Assembly (NCBI GenBank): GCA_965140585.1
Contig: OZ223269.1
Coordinates: 704,001-768,000 of the forward strand
Length of the DNA: 64,000 nt
Reading direction: 5' to 3'
From: Spirochaetia bacterium
GTDB taxonomy: Bacteria > Spirochaetota > Spirochaetia > UBA9216
Under the pieces are notes generated by a model. That model was not told where the DNA came from, did no database searches, and saw only the letters and a program-made list of their open reading frames with translations. This document shows, piece by piece, positions 9,706 to 19,551 of this stretch. Each line of letters starts with the position of its first letter. The stretch's first letter is position 1. Both the position numbers and the translations under genes were made by a program.

Positions 9706-10662
9706 TTATTCTCCTGCTAATCCCGGTATTCCGAATATGGTTTTTGCAGCTTTTACACCTTCAATAACTGCAACTGCCATTACTTCGGCAGCCATACTGC
9801 CGATTGCGGTCAAATCTGCTTCTATATCTCCATTTGAAAGACAGAAAATACTGTCTCCGTCATGCATGGTATGTATTGGGTTTATAGTTCTAGCATAGCC
9901 GTCATGAGCCATCTGAGCAACTTTTGCAGCCTGAGGTTTAGTCAGTTTTGCGTTAGTTGCAATGACACCTATGGTTGTGTTTGATTTTATCGGATTAATA
10001 CCTGTTGATACCTGTTCTGCCAGCAGTTTTGCAGTTCCTGGAAATTCTCCGGGTTTACCCGATCTGGTTCCTGCAATTATCTGACCGGTGGTATTGTCTA
10101 TAACATCTCCAAAACAGTTTACAGCAACTATTGCACCGACAACGATATCACCAATCTTCATGCTTGCAGTTCCAAGTCCACCCTTCATGCAGAAATCGAT
10201 ACCTTTGGCTTTTCCAAGGGTTGCCCCTGTTCCTGCTCCAATGTTCCCCATTCTTGATTCATTTGAATTAGCCGCCAGACAGGCTTCATATCCCATCTTT
10301 TGATCCGGACGGGCTTTATAATCGGCTACCGGCAGATCAAAAAGGACAGCTCCGGGAACTATTGGTACCAGTCCTATTCCGATATCAAGACCTCTGTTAT
10401 TTTCTTCACTCCACTTCATGACACCGTCTGCGCCAGCGAGGCCGTAGGCACTGCCGCCGCCAAGATAGACAGCATGGACTGTCTGTATATAATTTACCGG
10501 ATTGAGGCAGTCGGTCTCTCTTGTTCCGGGCGCTCCGCCGGCAACATCAACACCGCATACTGCCTCTGTTTCAGGCAGAATAACTGTACAACCTGTCCCG
10601 CCTGTTAAATCCTGTGCATGACCGACTTTTATGCCGGGTACATCGCATATACTTCCGCTCAT
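9706..10662 (-). CDS. P1/S58-family (DmpA/NylC-like, DOM-fold) self-processing amidase
   Basis: DVPGIKVGH, TGCTV, GGAPGTRET, GGSAYGL, VPIVPGAVLFDL, GAGTGA, SN-TTIG autocleavage site, HDGYAR, DGD. Confidence 0.9.
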   Translation of the reverse strand: MSGSICDVPGIKVGHAQDLTGGTGCTVILPETEAVCGVDVAGGAPGTRETDCLNPVNYIQTVHAVYLGGGSAYGLAGADGVMKWSEENNRGLDIGIGLVPIVPGAVLFDLPVADYKARPDQKMGYEACLAANSNESRMGNIGAGTGATLGKAKGIDFCMKGGLGTASMKIGDIVVGAIVAVNCFGDVIDNTTGQIIAGTRSGKPGEFPGTAKLLAEQVSTGINPIKSNTTIGVIATNAKLTKPQAAKVAQMAHDGYARTINPIHTMHDGDSIFCLSNGDIEADLTAIGSMAAEVMAVAVIEGVKAAKTIFGIPGLAGE

Positions 10663-10675
10663 TATAACTCCATAA

Positions 10676-11878
10676 TTATTCTAAATTTTCTAATACTTCT
10701 TTAGTTTCTGATGCCATCATCCATTCTTCATTAGTGGGGATGACAAGTACTTTTACCTTTGATTGACTGCTGCTTATAACTGATTCAACACCGGCTGCTG
10801 AATCATTAAGTTCTGAATCAATTTCGATACCGAGAACTTCCAGGCCGCTGCATATTTTTTCTCTTATAACTGCAGAGTTTTCTCCAATTCCGGCAGTGAA
10901 GATAAGTGCATCCATTCTGCCATCAAGAGTACAGGCAAGCTTACCTATATATTTTCTGATAGAACGAACAAATATTTCAAGAGCAAGTACACTTCTTTCC
11001 TGTCCTTCATCTGCAGCTTTAAGAATATCACGTAAATCAGGAGAGACTCCGCTTATTCCGGCAAGACCGGATTTCTTATAAATTATATCCTTAACCTCGG
11101 CTGCCGAAAAACCAGCTTCAGTTATCAGGTGTAAAACTGCATCAGGATCCACATCCCCGGCACGTGTCCCCATTGGAACCCCGCATGCTGTGCCTAAACC
11201 GAGCGAAGTGTCCACAGCTCTGCATCCAATAGATGACGTAAGCGATACACCGCCTCCGATATGTGCGCTTACAGTATGCAGTTTCTCTTTAGGCAGCCCG
11301 AGCATTTCTGCAGCTCTTAGATTGATGTATTTATGCGAGGCTCCGTGAAATCCGAATTTCCGAAGGCCGTATTTCTCATAGTATTCATAGCCCAGTCCGA
11401 ATGAAAATGCCGCCTGGCTCATATCAGAATAATAGGCGGTATCAAAACTTGCACACTGGGGAAGCTCGGGGAGCAGGGCAGTTATGGCCTGTACTCCGAG
11501 AAGTCCCGGAGGATTATGAAGGGGTGCAAGATTGAGATTGTCTTCCACTACAGAAACAACTTCAGGAGTAATAAGCATTGGCCTGGTCAGCTTATCTCCG
11601 CCATGAACGAGCCGATGGCCGACAGCATCAATTTCAGAAATATCTTTTAGTATGCCTGTATCATCGGAGGTAAGCAGATTCAATACTGTCTCAAGTCCCT
11701 GTTTGTGATTTTCAACATTAATATTAAATTCCTTCTTAAAAACCGAAGTTTCAATCTTGATAACGCTGTTGTTTCCAACCCTGTCAACCAGCCCTTTACA
11801 GATGGTCTGCTCATTATCCATTTTGAATATCTGGAATTTTATTGAAGTGCTCCCGCTGTTAATTATAAGAATTTTCAA
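10676..11878 (-). CDS. ackA: Acetate/propionate/butyrate kinase family protein with atypical acyl-pocket residues
   Basis: INSGSTSIK, GHRLVHGG, APLHN, FDT, GFHGASH, MGTR, FTAGIGEN, TNEE; TTG start with GGAGG RBS; substrate uncertain. Confidence 0.85.
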   Translation of the reverse strand: MKILIINSGSTSIKFQIFKMDNEQTICKGLVDRVGNNSVIKIETSVFKKEFNINVENHKQGLETVLNLLTSDDTGILKDISEIDAVGHRLVHGGDKLTRPMLITPEVVSVVEDNLNLAPLHNPPGLLGVQAITALLPELPQCASFDTAYYSDMSQAAFSFGLGYEYYEKYGLRKFGFHGASHKYINLRAAEMLGLPKEKLHTVSAHIGGGVSLTSSIGCRAVDTSLGLGTACGVPMGTRAGDVDPDAVLHLITEAGFSAAEVKDIIYKKSGLAGISGVSPDLRDILKAADEGQERSVLALEIFVRSIRKYIGKLACTLDGRMDALIFTAGIGENSAVIREKICSGLEVLGIEIDSELNDSAAGVESVISSSQSKVKVLVIPTNEEWMMASETKEVLENLE

Positions 11879-12030
11879 ATAATGCCTCCTGTTTGAAAAA
11901 AACTCAAAATCACATTATAATTAAGTATTAGTTAAATTTCGTTATCTTTTCCTTGTTAAAAAATACTATTATAGGTTATATTATTATACAAGGTAAATAT
12001 AGGTTAAATTATACACTTTAGGAGTTTAAT

Positions 12031-12897
12031 ATGAGTTCACATCCGGAAGCAACAAAAAAATTGCTCGCTGCTGATCTTCAGAAGATGAAAGACGACGGCG
12101 AAAAGATATCAATGATCACTGCTTATAATTATCCACAGGCAATGGTTGTTGATGAAGCAGGAATCGACATTATCCTGGTGGGTGATTCACTGGGCATGGT
12201 TGAACTTGGCTACAAAGACACTGTTCCTGTAACCATGGATGAAATGCTGATGCATACCAAGGCTGTTATGAGGGCTGTAAATAGAGCTCACGTAGTAGGT
12301 GACCTTCCTTTTATGTCATACAATATCTCAAATGAACAGGCTGTAACCAATGCAGGTATCCTTTATAAGGATGGGCTTTGCGATTCTATCAAGTTCGAAG
12401 GCGGCCAGGATTTTGCACCTACAGCTGCCGCAATAACCAAGGCTGGTATCCCGGTTTTTGCACATATCGGACTTACTCCTCAGACAGCTGCCACAATGGG
12501 CGGTTTCAAGGTTCAGGGTAAATCACTTGATGCTGCAAAATCAGTGCTTGATGATGCTCTTGCAATGCAGGACGCAGGTGCTTTTGCAATCATTCTTGAA
12601 GCTATTCCCCAGCAGCTTGCTGCAATAATTACAGAACAGCTTACTATTCCTACAGTTGGTATCGGAGCAGGTCCTTCATGTGCAGGACAGGTTCTTGTTT
12701 ATCATGACCTTCTCGGACTCTTTAAGAGATTTACTCCGAAGTTTGTAAAGGTTTATGCTGATATGTATACACCTCAGGTTAATGCTGTTAAGGAATTTAT
12801 CGGTGAAGTTAAGGATGTAAAATTTCCTACAAACGACCACAGTTTCAACATGAAAGCCGAAGCAGTTGAAGAACTGAAAAAGGCACTGGGGCTTTAA
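12031..12897 (+). CDS. panB: 3-methyl-2-oxobutanoate hydroxymethyltransferase
   Basis: MITAY, ILVGDSLGM, DLPFMSY, KFEGG, HIGLTPQ, GIGAG..C.GQVLV.HD. Confidence 0.96.
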   Translation: MSSHPEATKKLLAADLQKMKDDGEKISMITAYNYPQAMVVDEAGIDIILVGDSLGMVELGYKDTVPVTMDEMLMHTKAVMRAVNRAHVVGDLPFMSYNISNEQAVTNAGILYKDGLCDSIKFEGGQDFAPTAAAITKAGIPVFAHIGLTPQTAATMGGFKVQGKSLDAAKSVLDDALAMQDAGAFAIILEAIPQQLAAIITEQLTIPTVGIGAGPSCAGQVLVYHDLLGLFKRFTPKFVKVYADMYTPQVNAVKEFIGEVKDVKFPTNDHSFNMKAEAVEELKKALGL

Positions 12898-12898
12898 T

Positions 12899-13804
12899 AT
12901 GTCAGCTGTATTGATTAAGGGAACAGATATACGGGAAGAGATTCTCGCTGAATTAAGGGCAGAAACTGCAGAGCTTAAAGAGAAGTACGGAAAAGTTCCG
13001 GGTCTCGTTACTATTCTTATTGGTGAAAACCCGGCTTCCATCTCCTATGTAACCCTTAAGATCAAGACAGCACAGAGTCTCGGTTATAATGAAATTCAGG
13101 ACACACGGTCTGAAGATATAACCGAGGCTGAATTACTTGAATTAATTGATAAATATAATAAGGATGAAAATATTCACGGAATCCTTGTTCAGCTACCTCT
13201 TCCAAAACATATAGATGAAAAGAAGGTTCTGAACGCTATCGATCCTGATAAGGATGTCGATGGATTTCATCCTGTAAATGTCGGACGGCTTATGATTGGC
13301 GGTGATGAGGTGAAATATCCGCCATGTACTCCTGCAGCAATTCAGGAGATGATTATCCGTTCCGGTGTTGAAACTAAAGGAGCTGAAGTTGTAGTAGTAG
13401 GGCGCTCCAATATTGTTGGAAAGCCGATAGCCAATATGATGCTGCAAAAAGGTGCAGGGGCTAATTCTACTGTGACAGTTGTGCATACCGGTACCAAGAA
13501 CCTGGCTGAACACTGCCTGAGGGCAGATATTCTGATAGTTGCAGCTGGAGTTCCTGGACTGGTTAAGCCGCAATGGATTAAAAAAGGAGCATGTGTTATT
13601 GATGTTGGAGTAAACAGAGTAGGTGAAAAAATCAGTGAAAAAACCGGAAAGAAAATAGCAGTTCTTAAGGGTGACGTTGATTTCGAAGAAGCCTCTCAGA
13701 TTGCCGGATATATTACCCCCGTACCCGGCGGTGTAGGTCCCATGACAATAACAATGCTTATGAAGAATACTTTAAAATCATTCAAATACGCATTGAGGTT
13801 ATAA
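12899..13804 (+). CDS. folD: Methylene-THF dehydrogenase / methenyl-THF cyclohydrolase
   Basis: [45 protein letters not shown]. Confidence 0.96.
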   Translation: MSAVLIKGTDIREEILAELRAETAELKEKYGKVPGLVTILIGENPASISYVTLKIKTAQSLGYNEIQDTRSEDITEAELLELIDKYNKDENIHGILVQLPLPKHIDEKKVLNAIDPDKDVDGFHPVNVGRLMIGGDEVKYPPCTPAAIQEMIIRSGVETKGAEVVVVGRSNIVGKPIANMMLQKGAGANSTVTVVHTGTKNLAEHCLRADILIVAAGVPGLVKPQWIKKGACVIDVGVNRVGEKISEKTGKKIAVLKGDVDFEEASQIAGYITPVPGGVGPMTITMLMKNTLKSFKYALRL

Positions 13805-13806
13805 TT

Positions 13807-15570
13807 ATGAAACTTGATCCGACTAAGATGAAGGACTGGGAGATTGCAGAAGCAGCTGAAAAGGATATGAAGACAGTCTATCAGCTTGCTGAAGAACTGA
13901 ATCTGGATAAAATGGAGATTCTTCCGTATGGTCACTTCCTTGGTAAACTGGATTACAACGCTATTCTTGAGCGACTGAAAGATAAACCGGATGGAAAATA
14001 CATCGAAGTTACGGCAATAAATCCTACTCCGCTTGGCGAAGGAAAGACAACTACAACCATGGGACTGGTTGAAGGACTTGGAAAGATTGGTAAATCTGTC
14101 TGCGGAGCCATCAGGCAGCCTTCAGGCGGACCTACATTCAACATTAAGGGTTCAGCCGCTGGAGGCGGACTTGCACAATGTGTACCTCTTACCGAGTTTA
14201 GTCTCGGACTTACCGGCGATATAGACGCCATTACTAATGCACACAACCTGGCTATGGTTGCTCTTACCAGCCGAATTCAGCATGAATTCAACTACGGCGA
14301 TGATGTGCTTGATAAAAAGAATCTAAAAAGACTTGATATAGATCCAAGAAATCCTGCAATAGGATGGGCTATAGATTTTTCAGCCCAGGCACTCCGGGAA
14401 ATAATAATAGGACTCGGCGGAAAGATGGACGGATTTATGATGAAAAGCGGTTTTCAGATAACTGTTTCATCAGAAATTATGGCCATACTTGCTGTTGCCA
14501 AAGATCTTAAGGATATGCGGGAACGCATAGGTAAGATGATTATCGGTTACAACAAGAAAGGTGAAGCTGTTACTGCTGATGATCTTGAAGTAGGGGGAGC
14601 CATGACTGCCCTGATGGCACGGGCAATCAACCCGAACATCATGCAGACTATCGAAGGTCAGCCTGTACTTGTTCATGCAGGCCCTTTTGCAAATATTGCG
14701 ATCGGCCAGTCATCAATTATAGCTGACCGTGTGGGACTTAAACTCTGTGATTACCATGTAACAGAGAGCGGTTTCGGTGCAGATATCGGTTTTGAGAAGT
14801 TCTGGAACCTTAAATGCCGGTTCTCAGGGCTTGTTCCGAACTGTTCAGTGATTGTGTGTACAGTAAGAGCTTTAAAGATGCACGGAGGAGGTCCAAAGGT
14901 TGTTCCGGGCAAACCTCTCGATAAGGCATATACTGAAGAGAATATTGAACTGGTTGAAAAAGGACTTGAAAACCTTCTTGCCCATATTGCAACCGTCAGA
15001 AAGAGCGGTGTACCTGCAGTTGTATGTATAAACCACTTTTATACTGATACTGATAAGGAAATTGAGGTCATCAGGGAAGCCTGTAAGAAAGCCGGTGCCA
15101 GGGTTGCCTTATCAAAACACTGGGAAAAAGGCGGTGAAGGCGCGGTTGAACTTGCAAATGCAGTTGTCGAAGCCTGTGAAGAAAAGCCGGATTTTAAATT
15201 CCTTTATGAAGATTCTACTCCTCTTAAGGATAGAATTGAGCTTATTGCTACCCAGGTTTACGGCGCCGATGGTGTGAGCTACAGTGCTGAAGCTGCTGCC
15301 AAGCTGGAAAAGATTCAGAATGACAGTGCCTTGAACGGTCTGGGAACCTGTATGGTTAAGACCCATCTGTCATTGTCGCACGACCCGACTCTGAAAGGCC
15401 GCCCGAAAGGCTGGACGCTCCCGATAAGTGATATACTTGTATACCAGGGAGCAGGGTTTATTGTCCCTGTTGCCGGAGGTATTAAGCTTATGCCCGGTAC
15501 TGCCTCGGATCCTGCATTCAGGCAGATCGATGTCGATACAGATACCGGACGTGTAAAAGGCCTTTTTTAA
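13807..15570 (+). CDS. fhs: Formate--tetrahydrofolate ligase
   Basis: [48 protein letters not shown]. Confidence 0.96.
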   Translation: MKLDPTKMKDWEIAEAAEKDMKTVYQLAEELNLDKMEILPYGHFLGKLDYNAILERLKDKPDGKYIEVTAINPTPLGEGKTTTTMGLVEGLGKIGKSVCGAIRQPSGGPTFNIKGSAAGGGLAQCVPLTEFSLGLTGDIDAITNAHNLAMVALTSRIQHEFNYGDDVLDKKNLKRLDIDPRNPAIGWAIDFSAQALREIIIGLGGKMDGFMMKSGFQITVSSEIMAILAVAKDLKDMRERIGKMIIGYNKKGEAVTADDLEVGGAMTALMARAINPNIMQTIEGQPVLVHAGPFANIAIGQSSIIADRVGLKLCDYHVTESGFGADIGFEKFWNLKCRFSGLVPNCSVIVCTVRALKMHGGGPKVVPGKPLDKAYTEENIELVEKGLENLLAHIATVRKSGVPAVVCINHFYTDTDKEIEVIREACKKAGARVALSKHWEKGGEGAVELANAVVEACEEKPDFKFLYEDSTPLKDRIELIATQVYGADGVSYSAEAAAKLEKIQNDSALNGLGTCMVKTHLSLSHDPTLKGRPKGWTLPISDILVYQGAGFIVPVAGGIKLMPGTASDPAFRQIDVDTDTGRVKGLF

Positions 15571-15596
15571 TTTCTATTAAAATACATTGAATATTT

Positions 15597-15632
15597 ATCA
15601 GCCGGAGCAATGAACCGCTCCGGCTTTTTTTT
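15597..15632 (+). terminator. Rho-independent terminator after fhs; copy 1 of a 35-bp direct repeat
   Basis: ATCAGCCGGAGC-AATGAACC-GCTCCGGC followed by T8. Confidence 0.85.
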
Positions 15633-15708
15633 ATTATTTTTTAGAGCATTTTATCCGTAAATTGAATAAATACTTTCAATAAGTTGATTATAAAACGGAG
15701 ATTAAAAA

Positions 15709-17846
15709 ATGAGAAAACTTTTACTATTGCTGACAGCGATAACTTTGCTGTTCCTGTTCTACAGCTGTCCGACTGGATTGGTTGATACCCCTGAAGATGA
15801 TGATACAGAAGAAACAGTTTCACGGAATGATGTAACTATTTTATCAAGTACGTACAGTGATGAAACGGCTGTTATCTTTTACACCGAACCTTCAGATTCT
15901 GATTTCTACGCTACTGAGCTGACATTTACACCAACAGTATCTGGAATTTCGCAGCCTATTGAAATAAAAAAAGGTGAAAGTCTGCTTAGCGGTACTACAT
16001 CTTTAGGCTATCTGGCAGATTTGAGCAACGATACTGAATATACTCTTACTCTTACCGCTGTTTACAGTGATGATTCAAGTGCCGCCGGAGTTTCGGCTAA
16101 AGTTACGCCAATAGCAGATGTCTATCCTCCTGAAAATCTTACAGCAGTCAGGGGAGATCAAGAAGTTACTCTAAGCTGGGATGAACCCGCTGATAATAAC
16201 TGGTTTTATATTAACTTTGAGTTTACACCTGAAGACGGAGGCTATGAACAACCCTTTGCAATTTTTTCTTCTGAAACAGAATATACTATTGATGGTCTTA
16301 CAAACGGAACAGAATACACATTTAATGTTTATGCATCAGATTTTTTCGATCTTGAATCATCTAAGGTTGAAATCACATCAACACCATCAGCTGATCTTAA
16401 TCCTCCAGCACTTACTGCTTCATCAGTATTTCTAATAGATGTTGATATGGATGAGGGGGAACTGGCGGGCACATGTGAAATTGAAATGGCAGCCGATGAA
16501 AGTGATATTGAACGTTACAAGCTTTACTGGGGCTCTTCTGAGACAGTGAAGCTTGATGAGACTGCAATTACATCCATCGATAAAACTGGAGCTGATTTAG
16601 AGTATACGTTCTCAGAGAATACGGCCGTACCTTCAGGCGCAGCATACCTGCTTGTATATACAGAGAATGGGGATGGCGAAACAGCCGTTCCGTTTGCATA
16701 TGAGCTGAAGGATTTTATTGTAACGCAGGAACCGTATACCGGTACATTTAATTATCCTGTTGAGATATCTGGAAGTTATTATTCAACAAGATATCCGGAT
16801 TTGGGAATATTTGAATGGGATGGCACAGATTTCACAGCTATGGCAAGTCCTTCTGTAGCCTGGGCTTCTTCTCCCGAAGGATTATCGGCTTTTGGAAACG
16901 ATTTGATGTTTTGTGCGAGTGATGGCACTTCATCAAGGTTATGGAGACTGGATCCTGATGCTGGTACTGCAGGATATATATCCGGTATTGACTCAACATG
17001 TCTACCTGGAATTGATTTTGATGGCAGATATTTCTTTTCGATGGAAGATCCCACAATAGGTAAATCCTTGTACAGCTGTGACAGTTCAGGAACTGTAGAA
17101 TTGATTTATGATTGTGATGTGAGCAGCGATTCACAGAGCACATATACTTTATGTGAATTTGATTCAAAACTATTTTTATAGGTATTGATTCTACAGGTAT
17201 GGAACAACTTTATGTATGTGAGGATGATGATAATGACGGAAACTATACGATTACCCAGATAAGCTCCTTCTCAGATACAGCATTTAGAATAGATATTTAT
17301 CAATTTTTTATTAAGGATGGAGTTCTATATTTTCTGGGAGGTCCTGATAGCTGGTATAATTTATTCAGCTGGGATGGTGTTAGTATAAATCAGGAAACTT
17401 TATTTACTAATCCGAGCCGTATTGCAGAATCTGCTATAGAAGGAAGCCGGATGATTGAAAGCTATGCAAATAATATCTATTTTTCAGCCGGAAGTACATC
17501 CGATGGAGTAGAACTTTGGGTTTATGATGGTTTATCAGAGTCAATTGCCTATGATTTTTTTGATGCCGGTGAAGGTTTGTATACCTTTGGTGGTTATCCA
17601 ATGGGGTTGAAGGGGCATGATGGCTATTTATTTTTCCAGGCTTATAAGGAAGGTTCGGGTAATATGCTCTATCTTTATGATGGAATAAATACACCGGTAG
17701 GATTGATTGATACAAATGTAGATGACAATACTTCTTCAATAACTTATACAATGCCATTTACTGTAATTGATGATGATATGGTTTTTATGGATTTTACATC
17801 CGAAGATAATATTGATTTTTACCGTCTTACTATCGAGCAATTTTAA
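15709..17846 (+). pseudogene. Surface lipoprotein with fibronectin type III domains and ELWxxDGT-like beta-propeller repeats, split by a 1-nt frameshift at about 17173-17177
   Basis: Lipobox FYSC; Fn3 motifs (PPENLTA...VTLSWDEP...GLTNGTEYTFNVYA); propeller repeats (IYFSAGSTSDGVELWVYDG); ORFs 15709-17181 and 17199-17846 join as KLFFIGIDSTGMEQLY if one T is added to the T5 run. Confidence 0.72.
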
Positions 17847-17869
17847 AGTGCTTTTTCACTAAAAAACAG

Positions 17870-17904
17870 ATCAGCCGGAGCAATGAACCGCTCCGGCTTT
17901 TTTT
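17870..17904 (+). repeat. Copy 2 of the 35-bp terminator repeat
   Basis: ATCAGCCGGAGCAATGAACCGCTCCGGCTTTTTTT, identical to 15597-15631. Confidence 0.92.
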
Positions 17905-17972
17905 AACATTTATCAGCCCTGTTGACTATGAGCTGGATCGTGTGTATAGATAACGGTTAGACAGGAACATAG

Positions 17973-19517
17973 ATGAACGAAGACGCAGAATCAAATTACA
18001 CCGAAGACGAAATAAATAACTGTATAAATATATTAAAAGCCCTCTCTGAAAATGCAGATCAGTTAGTTGCTATTCCCAGAGAAACACAGATTGAACTTCT
18101 AAAAGCGGCAGGCGCATTGTCCAAACCGGATCATACAGTTCTAAAGCAGAGAAAAAAAGCAGCCGCGAGAAAAAAACGGCAGGAGACTGTCGCTGATGAA
18201 CGCGCTGCCCGTGCCGCAACCGGAATACGAAGCGCCCGTGAAAACATAGTGTTTTCGGCGCCGAGACAGCTGACCTGCGATGAAATTGTTACCGATAAAG
18301 ACCTTGTTCTAAATTCCCCCCGCAACTGCTATGTATGCAAAAAAGAATACACTCGAATGCATTTCTTTTATGATGCGATGTGTCCTGAATGCGCCGAACT
18401 TAATTACTATAAAAGGTTTCAGACTGCAGATTTACGGGGGCAGGTTGCGGTTATTACTGGTTCCAGACTTAAAATTGGATATCAGGCAACTTTGATGCTT
18501 CTTAGGGCCGGTGCTGAGGTTGTTGCCACCACACGATTTCCTGTGGATTCCGCTATTCGGTATTCGAAAGAAGCTGATTTTACTGAATGGGGTCATCGTC
18601 TGCATGTCTACGGGCTTGATCTGCGTCACACCCCCAGTGTTGAACTTTTCTGTACTCATATTGCCGACAGGTTTGGACGGCTGGATATACTTATAAACAA
18701 TGCTGCCCAGACAGTCCGGCGTCCGCCCGGCTTTTACCAGCATCTGATGGGTAATGAATTAATGCCGCGGGAGGAGCTTCCTGAAAAAGTCCGAAGCCTT
18801 CTTTTTGATTATGAATCCTGCCTTAACCGGATTGAAACATTTTCACACAGCAGTCATTCAGATGATGCTATTGTTCCGGTGTCCTGGGAGGCCAGAATTC
18901 CAGGCCTTGGGATGATTGAATCGGCCAGATTATCGCAGATCCCGTACGCGTATGAAGACAATCATGAAGTTGAAGCTGTTTTTCCTCAAGGCAAACTGGA
19001 TGTCGACTTGCAGCAGGTTGATCTGCGAACAACAAACAGCTGGCGCCTTAAGCTTGGTGAGATTCAGACCTCGGAAATGCTGGAACTCCAGCTTATCAAT
19101 GCTGTTGCCCCATTTGTACTATGCAATAGGCTTGTCCCTCTTATGAAAAAAGAAAATACCGGCTGCAAGCATATAATCAATGTTTCCGCCATGGAAGGCA
19201 AGTTTATGCGTTTTAAAAAAGGCGAGAGGCATCCGCATACCAATATGGCAAAAGCAGCGCTTAACATGCTTACGCACACATCCGCCAGCGAACTTGCTGA
19301 ACATGGAATATATATGAATGCGGTTGATACAGGCTGGGTGACTGATGAAGACCCGGCTCAGCTCGCGAAAAAGAAGCAGGAGCTGCACGATTTTCAGCCG
19401 CCTCTCGATATAGTAGACGGCGCTGCCCGTGTCTGTGATCCGCTTTTTGACGGTATAAATACAGGGCGGCACTGGTGTGGAATGTTTCTTAAAGACTACT
19501 TTCCGATTGACTGGTAA
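17973..19517 (+). CDS. Atypical SDR-family oxidoreductase with N-terminal CxxC...CxxC module
   Basis: CYVC...CPEC; TGSRLKIG Rossmann motif; LINNAAQT; INVSAMEG; [10 protein letters not shown]; VDTGWV. Confidence 0.8.
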   Translation: MNEDAESNYTEDEINNCINILKALSENADQLVAIPRETQIELLKAAGALSKPDHTVLKQRKKAAARKKRQETVADERAARAATGIRSARENIVFSAPRQLTCDEIVTDKDLVLNSPRNCYVCKKEYTRMHFFYDAMCPECAELNYYKRFQTADLRGQVAVITGSRLKIGYQATLMLLRAGAEVVATTRFPVDSAIRYSKEADFTEWGHRLHVYGLDLRHTPSVELFCTHIADRFGRLDILINNAAQTVRRPPGFYQHLMGNELMPREELPEKVRSLLFDYESCLNRIETFSHSSHSDDAIVPVSWEARIPGLGMIESARLSQIPYAYEDNHEVEAVFPQGKLDVDLQQVDLRTTNSWRLKLGEIQTSEMLELQLINAVAPFVLCNRLVPLMKKENTGCKHIINVSAMEGKFMRFKKGERHPHTNMAKAALNMLTHTSASELAEHGIYMNAVDTGWVTDEDPAQLAKKKQELHDFQPPLDIVDGAARVCDPLFDGINTGRHWCGMFLKDYFPIDW

Positions 19518-19548
19518 ACTGACTGCCGGAACACAGCCGGCAGTCAGT
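19518..19548. terminator. Hairpin between convergent SDR and cyclase genes
   Basis: Perfect 12-bp stem ACTGACTGCCGG / CCGGCAGTCAGT with 7-nt loop. Confidence 0.75.
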
Positions 19549-19551
19549 AGA

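Noticed and set aside
15597-17904. 35-bp repeat as a CRISPR repeat or IS end
   Set aside because: Only two copies about 2.3 kb apart, terminator-shaped, with no spacers, cas genes or transposase
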